Origin: Phyllobates terribilis
Taxonomy: Eukaryota
DNA: 64,000 nt
Assembly: GCF_046119375.1 (NCBI RefSeq)
Contig: NW_027362762.1
Span: 603,694,001-603,758,000 of the forward strand
Direction: 5' to 3'
This document shows positions 11,804 to 24,295 of the stretch, piece after piece (the first letter of the stretch is position 1; the number at the start of each line of letters is the position of its first letter). The notes beneath the pieces were generated by a model that saw only the letters and a program-made list of their open reading frames with translations, was not told where the DNA came from and did no database searches. A program made the translations under genes and the position numbers.

Positions 11804-13240
11804 TCACTCAGCTTCCATCTTGCTGACTGTTTCCTTATGGTACGTCTCCGCCTTCTGGAGAGTATCACAGGACATCTGTAGCTCCTTCACCTGAGCTTCC
11901 AGATCTAGGGTCTTTCCCCGGAGATCATCATTCTCCTCACGGATATCTTGCAGAGTGGTCTCAACCACTTGGTGCTCTTGCTCTGCATCCGCCTTATCCT
12001 CCTCTAGTTTTTCTTTAACTTTGAGGAGATCCTCATAATCTCTCTTAATCCATTGCAGTTCCTCATTGAACTTTCCATACCTCTTTTCTGCCTCATGGTC
12101 ATGAGCAGACACTTCAACTTTTATTGCCTCTTTCAGGATGGATAGCTCCTGGTCTCGCTGGTACAGAGAGTCCTCCAGCCGCTCCTTCTCCTGCATTAGA
12201 GGCTTTACTTGGTCCTGGAACTGCTGCAGCTCCTTCATGAGTTCATCATACTCCTTTTTAGATTTACACAGCTCCTGGTTGAACTGTTCACGCAGTCGTT
12301 CTAGTTCCTGATCACGTCCAGAAACTCCATCCTGCCGCGTCTCCTTCTCAAGTTTCAACTGCAAAACCTCTTCCTTGATTTTGCGGCGGTCCTCCTTAAT
12401 TGCGTGGAACATCTCCTTCCACTGGACAACTTCCTCGTTGCTTCCCTTTAGATCTCGCTGTAAGTTCTTCACAACCTGGTATACACTCTGCCGTTCAGAC
12501 TCCAGGCTCCGCTGGTCTGAGGACACGTTCTCCAGGTCCGTCACCTCCTCTTCTGCCTCTGAAGGAGGATCCACACTTGAAACAATGGCACACACCATTA
12601 CATTTTCTTTACTTTCACTTTCAGCAAAGAGTACAAGAGCAACCTTTTTGTGGCCCCTGCGCCGTCTACGACGAGAGGTGGACTCTCTCCCCTCGTCTAG
12701 CCCCTCCTGACTGACCTTTCCTTCTACTTCCATAGTGTTACCGTCAGCTATGGGGTCTGTGTCACTCCCCATGATGTTGTGGACTACCAGGTCACCTCCC
12801 CCTTTGACTTCACCCCCTTCCACTGGAGCTACCCCGTTATCAATGGTAACCTTGTCATTTTTAGGAGGTACCCACCCACAATCATCAACAATTTCCAGTT
12901 TTCTACACTCCACACTCTTGTGAAAATATACCCCCTTTTTAGACTCCACCCCCTTTTTACCAACCACACCTGTAAGGGAATTTTTACATAAAACATCAGC
13001 GACAGTCTTAGGACTCAGTTCAAAAGATCTCTTACCACCTCCCCGGGCACTCTGGGACAACACGGGCGCCCCCGGAGAGTTCATAGAATGGTCCACTGCC
13101 GCCATTCTATATGGTGCCCACAGCTCCTGCGGTTCCCGCACCATGTCCTGTAAGAGTTTCTCAAATACCTGCTCCGGTCCCAACCGGCCCTTCAAACGCT
13201 CAATAGCTCCAGACACCTCTGTTGCTTTGCTCACAGCCAT
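11804..13240 (-). CDS. 478-aa ORF from the first ATG: basic NLS-like motif plus long coiled coil; in frame with the FXR1-like ORF across one TGA
   Basis: ATG at 13240; RRRRRRGHKK; E/K/Q/L-rich heptad-like C-terminal half; junction reads GCT GAG TGA GAG AAG ATG. Confidence 0.75.
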   Translation of the reverse strand: MAVSKATEVSGAIERLKGRLGPEQVFEKLLQDMVREPQELWAPYRMAAVDHSMNSPGAPVLSQSARGGGKRSFELSPKTVADVLCKNSLTGVVGKKGVESKKGVYFHKSVECRKLEIVDDCGWVPPKNDKVTIDNGVAPVEGGEVKGGGDLVVHNIMGSDTDPIADGNTMEVEGKVSQEGLDEGRESTSRRRRRRGHKKVALVLFAESESKENVMVCAIVSSVDPPSEAEEEVTDLENVSSDQRSLESERQSVYQVVKNLQRDLKGSNEEVVQWKEMFHAIKEDRRKIKEEVLQLKLEKETRQDGVSGRDQELERLREQFNQELCKSKKEYDELMKELQQFQDQVKPLMQEKERLEDSLYQRDQELSILKEAIKVEVSAHDHEAEKRYGKFNEELQWIKRDYEDLLKVKEKLEEDKADAEQEHQVVETTLQDIREENDDLRGKTLDLEAQVKELQMSCDTLQKAETYHKETVSKMEAE

Positions 13241-13487
13241 CACGGTACACTGTTTATACTTGAACTTCACCGCTCTCCCTGAAAAAAATTTCGTGGCCCT
13301 GCCGAGCCACCGCAAAACAGGACTTGAGTGCGATGTCAACCTTTGCAACCCCGCCGAGTTGCAGCAAGATGCTTTAACTTTGTGAGCCCCGACGAGCCAC
13401 AGCAAACCAGGTTTGAGTGCGACGACGACCTTCACAACCCCGCCGAGTTGCAGCCAGATGCTTTATCCACACTCGTTGTCCTATGCC

Positions 13488-13624
13488 GTTGCCCCTAGCA
13501 ACCAGACTGCAGTTGCCCCTAGCAACCAGACTGCAATTGCCCCTAGCAACCAGACTGCAATTGCCCCTAGCAACCAGACTGCAGCTGCCCCTGGCAACCA
13601 GACTGCAGCTGCCCCTAGCAACCA
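13488..13624. repeat. 24-bp tandem repeat, ~5.7 copies, in the element's 5' leader
   Basis: RYTGCCCCTRGCAACCAGACTGCA units. Confidence 0.9.
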
Positions 13625-13647
13625 GCTGCCCGCACTCTCAAACCACA

Positions 13648-14440
13648 TGTAAGGCAGCGCTACTTATTATCCTGGGGGATACTCGCTCCGCTGCGTCAAT
13701 TTAAAACACACCAGCCATATTTTTCGGTATTTCTCAACTCAGCAGTTTATTAACTCCATAAACTGCTGATCACTCAGTCCATCTTAGTGGCTCACCGACA
13801 CACTGATAAAGTCCACGAGCCCAAGTGGCAGACCGGCCCACTTGGCTCCAAATACAGCCTTCAGCAAGGTAATACTATAGCAATGTCCATATCATAAAGT
13901 GTATTACCTTTGCTGGCTTACGGTTGCTTCAGTCCATTTGGTTCCGCCCGATAGGGGTTTCTAGCCTTCTGGCCCTCCAAGGCTTACTGGCATCTAGTTA
14001 CACTCAGATCCAGGCTTCACCCTCCAGGAGTCCTCTTAGCCTCTGGCCCTCCAAGGCTTACTGGCATCCCTCTCACACTCAGATCCAGGCTTCACCCTCC
14101 AGGAGTCCACCAGGCTTCACCAGGCCTCACCAGGCTTCACACGAGCGGTGTTCCCTCACACACAGGGAACAGCCTCATGTCTCTCACACGGTGTCCGCAC
14201 ACGGGTAACAGGAAACACGCCTGTCACACCCCTTGCACCTCTACACCTGTCTCAAATCACCAGGGTTTTTATATCCTGTAGAAACAGCCACAGGACCTGT
14301 GCTTATCTCACAGTCACGTGTCCATACCTTCTGTGAGCAAAAGGACCTGTGTGATGTCAGTCATGTGACCAGTCAGCTGAGGGGGGAGGAAATAGCATAA
14401 ACAGACATACTAGATCATTATAGCAATGCCGCTGCACCAC

Positions 14441-14441
<1 letters not shown>
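13648..14441 (-). repeat. Full 5' LTR (794 bp)
   Basis: Starts TGTGGTGCAGCG and ends CGCTGCCTTACA (imperfect inverted termini); contains TATAAAAA and AATAAA. Confidence 0.8.
14266..14273 (-). promoter_or_regulatory. TATA box of the 5' LTR
   Basis: TATAAAAA on the minus strand, upstream of the ORFs, in the U3-side part of the LTR. Confidence 0.55.
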
Positions 14442-14481
<40 letters not shown>

Positions 14482-14904
14482 CTCAGTCTTATATGAACTA
14501 ATTATTATCTCTAAGTGAACATCTGTGGGTTTGCTGTTGAATTCCTTTCTAGTTAGCTGATGTCTTCCCTCACTCATTAAAATGCAATAATTAGAAGTTA
14601 CAGTCAGATTATTTGACCCTCACATAACATCTGCATTTCGTCTTCTGTTAATTATATTTTCCTATATTAGAATCATTATGACACACCTTTATTTTTACCT
14701 ATATAACTGCCATGGAATGAAATGAGGGTAGACATTATGATTATGCTAATGATTGATGGCGTTCATTCTGTCTCCATGATGCATGATCAATAAATAACAG
14801 ATTATCTTACAAATTCCGGTGTGGACGATTTCTAATTGGTAAGGAAGAAAATTCCACTGATATTGTGTTATTTTGTGTGATATAATTTCACACAAAACCC
14901 CAAC

Positions 14905-16150
<1,246 letters not shown>

Positions 16151-16188
16151 TCAGTGTTTTACTGTTGTTCCAATACAGACAAAGGAAA

Positions 16189-16737
16189 GAGGTCTAAGGG
16201 ATAACGTTTCTCCTTGTGGAGAGTGACATACCAGCTCTGGCACGTCAAGGTAAGGAGGCTTATTTGCCGTGCAATGCTCCTCTGGAAAATGTAATATGCA
16301 AATTGCCTCTTCAGAGAAAAAGAGAACTTGAACTCTATAGCGCCATCTATTGGAAGCTGCAATCCTACAAGTCACAATCAACCCTTTAACGAGTCATGCA
16401 ATATGACATAGGATAAAAACCAAATCAGAACCTGGGGCGAATAAGCCTCCTTACCTTGACTTGCCAGAGCTGGTGTGTCACTCTCCACAAGGAGAAACGT
16501 TAACCCTTAGACCTCATTCCAGAGCCTCTCACCTAGCGAAATCAGTTCTCATACTTTGCACTGATGAGGCCAACAGCCTGAAACACCGTGTCTGTAAATT
16601 GAGATTCTGATTTGGCTTTTATCCTAAGTCATATTGCACGACTCGTTAAAGGGTTGATTGTGACTTGTAGAATTGCTACTTCCAATAGGTGGCGCTATGG
16701 AGTTCAAGTTCTCGTTTTCTCTGAAGAGGCAATTTGC
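16189..16737 (+). mobile_element. Hammerhead-containing short retro-insertion with an inverted 5' part (Penelope-like/retrozyme-like)
   Basis: TSD AGACAAAGGAAA at 16177-16188 and 16738-16749; arm A (16191-16268) inverted at 16436-16513; arm B (16298-16430) inverted at 16605-16737. Confidence 0.75.
16555..16598 (+). ncRNA. Minimal type I hammerhead ribozyme
   Basis: Stem I UUUGCA/UGUAAA; core CUGAUGA; stem II GGC-CAACA-GCC; one extra U before GAAA; short stem III ACAC/GUGU; GUC cleavage triplet at 16590-16592. Confidence 0.7.
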
Positions 16738-16794
16738 AGACAAAGGAAAAACATTTGTATAAGGTGGCCAACACTTTTGGCCATGACTAAATGA

Positions 16795-16940
16795 AAAGCA
16801 AGATTTTGATTTTAGATTTTGCAAAAATATTTCATACTGTGCCACACAAGTCTTGTAATAAAGCAGAAAAGAGACTAGAGGACTCTATATGCATTTGGAT
16901 AAAGAAGTGGTTAGGGGACAAAAGACAAATAGTCGTTGTT
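16795..16940 (+). mobile_element. CR1 LINE reverse transcriptase fragment
   Basis: LDFAKIFHTVPHK...ICIWIKKWLGDKRQIVVV resembles CR1 LDFAKAFDTVPH...WI.NWL.DRKQRV. Confidence 0.75.
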
Positions 16941-17762
16941 CACGCGAGTGTAAAAAAAATCATTCAGAGTTTCATCCAGAAAAATAGGACAATTTTTTTC
17001 TCATTTGTTATTCATGTGCAAGCCATAATAGGATGTTTTTTTTACTCAGCAGATATTAATCAATTAAAGTTTCCTACTTTCCTATGCTACAGAACTGCAA
17101 GGTATCCGTAAAAATGGATGCCATACTGTAGCTCCGTATGGTATCCCATTTTATTTTGCACATCCACAGACTTGAATGACAGAGTCTCATCCAATTTATG
17201 GAAGAAACTAGTGCATGCTGTGGTTTTTTTTTTTTTTCACATACAGATTTGGTCAATGAAAAAAAAGTCATCTGCACTGCCCCATTGAATAACATTGGTC
17301 CGAGTGCTGTCGGATTAACGAACAGCACTCGAACTAGAAATACGTTCGTGTGAACAAGCCCTAAATGGTAAATACTCAATATGGGCTAAAGTCAGCAGTG
17401 GGGAAAAAAAATATTTCAGTCTACCTTTAAATTAAGCCATAATTAGTTTAGTAAATTGCCACTATTATATGTTTTTTTTTTAAATTGGTTCAATATCATG
17501 CCATGCTTCCCTGTCTAAGGGCAGCAGAGTATGAAGACAGGCCTACTACACTATTCTCCCACATTGGCTAATAGCAAGTAATAAAGAATGCAGCGAACAA
17601 TTGATCCTGCAGGTACTGATGCTGTAAGGGTGTGACAGATAGTGTCGTATACCTGCCCCTGAAGACAACAATTGTTGTGTGAATATTGACTTAGGTTTTA
17701 GTGCGTTTTATTATATGATGTGAAATGTGTAAAATGTAATGTAAAATGCATAGAGTGTTATA

Positions 17763-19397
<1,635 letters not shown>

Positions 19398-20197
19398 TAG
19401 GTACCAATGCTGCTGTGTGGGTATTGTATTGGTAATGCCTAAGTTAACCTGGTACACTCAGCTCAGTAGTAGGGAAAGTATAGAACTATAGAACATAGTT
19501 TAGTGCTTGGTTAGTGATAGGAATATTATGGCAGATAGATGTAGTGTGAGGTTCGTGACAAGTGGAAGTTCAAGCTGCAGTGGGCTGGAGGCATGTGGAG
19601 TACATCTTGTTTTGGCAGCACGAGGTCATACTAGATTTCCTGCGGACATTCCTTTAATGTCCGGGGCCTATGGCCGCACTAGGAGATTAAGGCACTGGGA
19701 AGTGTGCCTTTAATCTCTTCCATACAGCGGAAGCCAGATGGGGAAACACATGAGGGAAATGTAATGGATCTCAGGAATACTGCGGTGCCAGATAGTAAAT
19801 CCCTGGGGCTGACAGGAGTATCAAGCCTAGGGATAGTCCGAGCTGAACGTAAGCAAGAGCTTGAAATGTACTGTGTTGATGAAAATGGAAACGGAGGGTG
19901 CTGTGCCAGATACTGTGTGTTAAAGACTGATGTTCTTGAACTGTCCAATGAAGCTGAACCACGTGTCTACTGATGTGTGTGTGGCTGATCCTGGACCTAA
20001 GGACGTGAATGCAGCAGAGGTCTCCGGCCGGCAAGTGAGTACAATGCACTGTACACAGAACACACAGCAGCTATCGCCCTGGGCACCTTACAATGCTGCC
20101 TTGCAAGTATGCAGGTATATGGCAACCAGATGCTTTATTGCAAGGCTGTCAAAGTGAAAGGGGGAGTCTCCTCATCAACACAGGGGATTCTTAGACA

Positions 20198-20941
20198 CAG
20201 TGACGTAAATGGAGTCTGATGGGCCCTGGTGCAAAATTTTGACCTGGGCCCCTATCTGCATCTTGATCAAATGTATGGGCCCTTGTAGCATTATAGATCC
20301 AATAAAGACATCCATATTCGGCCCCCATGTAATAATGTCCCCATGCTTGCTCCTTCTTTTTAGTAATTTCCCCCATCCTGGCCCCATGCTATAACATTTT
20401 CCGACATTAATGTCTCCCATCCTCATATAATGTCCTCCGTCCTGGTTTAATGTCCCCAATCCTGGTATGATGTCCCCATTCTGTTCTAATGTTCATTATT
20501 CTTTTATAATGTCGCCATTCATCCAATTTTTGTATAATGCCCCAAATCCTGTTATAATGTCCCCATTTGGGTATAATATGCCCCGTGTTGATATGATGTC
20601 CCCCATGCTGATATAATGTCCCCATTCTCGTATACAGTAATGTGCCCATTCTGGTCCCCTTCCGTTCTTATCCAGCACATTTTAAAAGGAAACAAATTAT
20701 TCTATTCACCTCCTTTAGCTCCCACGCCGACAAGCCAAAGTCTGCTTTTGGCCTCTTATTGGCCGGTGGTGTGTATTGCAGCGCAAGGACCCGGTGAGTC
20801 TCTGCATCACAATAAATTTCAGCTGAATGTGCGTCCAAGGATGCACCATCCAGATGAACTTGGCGTCAGCGGCCCTCCTGCCGCACAGGCCCAGTCCCAG
20901 TCTCTGTTGCACCCTCTGTGATAGTGATCATTACGCCCCTG
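20198..20941. mobile_element. hAT-type MITE with an internal degenerate ~21-bp ATGTCCCC repeat array
   Basis: Ends CAGTGACGTAA / TTACGCCCCTG; 8-bp flanks CTTAGACA / ATTAGACA. Confidence 0.65.
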
Positions 20942-21877
20942 ATTAGACATACATGTGCTATATTTTTTGTTAGCTGCTATTAGCTAAACAGCTAATATTG
21001 CAGTTGGCCTGTCTCTATAGTATTCTCTCTTTAAATTGCTTCAATTTCCAAAGCAGTTCTGGAGGAACTGGTCAACTTTAAAGTATGCCCCACACCTAGA
21101 GATATCTATTTTAGGAGCTGCCGTACATTTGATTTCTGAACTCTTACAAAATATTTTAGAAAAGCGTATGCACTGTTGGATACAGGAATGAAGTCAACGG
21201 TTGAAATTCATCAAAGTGTTTAAGCCAGATTCGTAGCGCATAACACTTTTCAAAGCTGTGCAAAAAATGTCAACGTTTGGCATTTCCCCACCACTTTCAG
21301 CCAGCTTGGACAGAGTGGCCGGAGCCGGGGTAGGAAGTGGGTATGGGGCCAGTATGTCTGGATTTCATAATTTACAGATACTGGCTCCTTAGTTTTTGTT
21401 TCTTGTCAGCCATGTCACAGTCTTAAACTATATAAGTATTACGTATTCCTAAATTATTTGATTTATTTATTGCATTATGTCGGGAGGTGAGGGCATATTG
21501 GATGAGAATAGTCTTATAAATTTGACCTTTCTATAATGTTGCTATTTTACCATTATATTCTTTTATCACATCATATTTGGTAGGTGTAATTTACTATGTC
21601 AGTAAAGAAAGAGAGAAAATTTTATTTTAATGTACAATTTGGTTATTTTTGTGCAGTATTGTGTTCCTGCCCAGTGACCAGATCATGTTAAATTCGTGTT
21701 TTATTAAGACTGTGTTCACACAATGCATTTGCGATGAGCTTTTTCCTGCGATTTTACAAATGTGCTGTAAAAATGCATTGATTTTACTGTGTTTTAAGTA
21801 AACACATAGTGTGAACACAGCCTCAATGCTATTGTAATATTTCTTGACAACCAAAATGATCACCTTTTTTGGCTTAC

Positions 21878-22022
21878 CTGTATTTAAAGACATTTCAGCT
21901 AGTTTTAGGGGGAGGTCAGAAGGTGCTACTCCGGCTGGTGAACCTAGTATATCAGGCAATGCATTTCTGCGTCCTGTTCTTGCTGAGGAAGCAAAATCCA
22001 GTACAGGCTCTACCTCTGTCAT
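21878..22022 (-). CDS. PKIB: PKIB main coding exon (MTEVEPVLDFASSARTGRRNALPDILGSPAGVAPSDLPLKLAEMSLNT)
   Basis: PKA pseudosubstrate GRRNAL and NES-like LPLKLAEMSL; FASSAR.GRRNALPDI and SDLPLKL are beta-type features; acceptor ttctttgtaccaAG before 22028; donor CAG|GTAAG at 21878/21877 (phase 1). Confidence 0.92.
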
Positions 22023-24226
22023 TTTTACCTTGGTACAAAGAAGAAATAAATGCAAAATAATTATATTCCAAATATATAAAGATTAATAACAAACCAACAT
22101 GGTATTCACAACTGTAATGAAAGTTTGCGTCCACCATTTTACAGTTTATATCTAATGGAAATGTACACAGCTAGTTAAGGACCACCAAAAAGATATTGTA
22201 TTATTAAGGCCACGTGCACACATTCAGTATTCGGTCAGTATTTCACATCAGTGTTTGTAAGCCAAAACCAGGAGTGGATGATAAATACAGAAGGGGTGTC
22301 GTGTTTCCATTATACTTTTCCTCCTGATTTTGGCTTACAAATACTGGTGTAAAATACGGACTAAATGCTAATAGTGTGAACGTAGCCTAAGAGCAGTTGT
22401 TGGCACTTCTGACATGTCTGTATTAGTAAATACTGGCATTCCACATAAATTAACAATTAAGATTGTTCATCATTTTGTTCCTCTGTTGTTCGCCCTGGAA
22501 AATATAACTAAATTGACAACTGGGAGTGAATATTCCACTTGCCAATATTCTGTGCCCCTACGTAGGTTGTCACTGACATGAATGATTGAAAAACTTCCGT
22601 AGTATTCAAGCTGACAAGGAAAATGCTGATATCCTGCTTTCAAGGGGGGTAAAAGAGGAGCTGTACCATGCAGACTTCTAAGAAAAGATTCAACGCCATT
22701 GTCTGTCTCTACAAATGTTTACTGACAGTTCTCTCTAACATGTATGGGATATTATAATCTGTATTAGATTTATTGTCAGTTCTGCTGGTTGTTACAAGAA
22801 GAAGCATTTGGCCGACTGCCATTTATAGTGTATAGGTAATAAAGCCTCCATCAGATAATTTCTAAGTAATGTACAATACAATTTCTGAGTAATGAAAATA
22901 TATAAAAGTTTTGAAGGGTAGATGAGGAAAATGTATCAAGATGGGTATGTATTTGCTGTATCATCTCACTTCTGTTATTCAGAATACATTACACTGCGGT
23001 AATCAAAGCATTAAATATATGTACAGTGTGTCCAGTGTATGACAGGTTGTTGCACAAATATCTGTTATTTGTCTGAAGGTGCTTGTCACTATAAAATCCT
23101 ATTCAGATTAATGGAATTTGATTTCAAATCTCTCAATGTACTCAATAACAATCTTTACATAAATTAATAGTATAAGTAAATATATTACGCTTTGTAGTAT
23201 ACTGTATATTATCAGATTATACCTATCATTTCAGATCATTTTTCCAAATAAGCTGTCATATGTGTATACGTGAGGACTAGTACCATTTCTGATTATCATA
23301 TGACTTGTATCCTGCATTTTCTAAATAGTTATCCTCTCTGCAATTTTTTTCCTTTGCAGTTTTTAATTTTCAGTTCTCTCTAAGCTAGTGGATGAAGACT
23401 AGCTGCTATGATGCCTGCCATACACGGAAACAGAGGAATTCCTACTCTTATTTCTATATGCAGCACACAGACAGAAGTCGTAGCAGCATGAAAGGCAGCA
23501 GGACTAAGCACTCTACATAGTATAATAGACTTTGTCGCCTTACTGAGCTGCCAGCCTGTTTTGCTTCGATTAAGATAGATATTCGTTGTTATTCAGAGTG
23601 ACTGATGAGATTAGGATATATTACAAAGTTTCTTATATTCACTTGTATTATTGATTTATGCAACATTTTTTAAAACAACAGTGACCATTTAAATCTATGG
23701 AGAAGGGAGGAGGAGCACTGCTCTGTGTGCTGTGTACAGGCATAGTTCCCAACTGTCCCGGATTCAGCGGGACTGTCCTGATTTCAGGGCTCAGTCCCGC
23801 CACTTCAGCACTTTGTCCCAGTTTCTATTACTCACCCCCTTCTTTGATTTCTTCATCCTGCGTAGCTCCTCATCCTCGGGGACAGGGCCGCATCTCTCTG
23901 CACTCACATAAATTAAATTATAATACTCACTGCTTCTCCTCCTGTGATTGGGTCTACCCCAGGATTCAAACTCATGTCTCCATGTTCTCACGGAGCAGCT
24001 CTGTCTAAGAGCCTCAGCCCATAATGATAATCATAGGAGAATTTGGTAATCCGGAGATGTATTGCATGCAGTGAACCCAGAAGCAGATTACACATGTGCA
24101 TTGTATACCGCAGTATATTCTTTGTACTTGTATACTGAGGTGAAGAAAAAGTCAGATTTTTTGTTCCTATAAAACGCCTAAAAATAATAAAAAGCAATTA
24201 CAAAAATGTAATTTTCTTTTTTGTGA

Positions 24227-24295
24227 GTCTCCCCAGGTCTCGAACCCTCAATCTTCAACATTACAAGCAGACTCTAAAGCTACTGAGCCAGAGGC
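24227..24295 (-). other. tRNA-derived sequence (pseudogene or SINE head)
   Basis: A-box-like TGGCTCAGTAG, CTTGTAA loop, B-box GGTTCGAGACC; poor stem pairing. Confidence 0.5.

Larger units (their letters stand above)
9913..14441 (-). mobile_element. Non-autonomous LTR retroelement carrying a coiled-coil/FXR1-derived ORF, inserted in (TA)n in the PKIB intron
   Basis: Direct terminal repeats 9913-10269 and 13648-14004 differ at 9 of 357 positions; TG...CA ends; TATA box and AATAAA in the LTR; (TA)n on both flanks; no RT, RNase H or integrase motifs. Confidence 0.85.

Noticed and set aside
13628-13647. PBS for the FXR1-like element
   Set aside because: TGGTTTGAGAGTGCGGG does not match any tRNA 3' end I can recall.
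19507-20157. Cluster of short ORFs, possibly a TE coding fragment
   Set aside because: No identifiable motif or boundaries.
21627-21877. Extension of the PKIB ORF to 142 aa in the ORF track
   Set aside because: Reads through a strong GTAAG donor into intron sequence, and its non-ATG start lies upstream of the acceptor.
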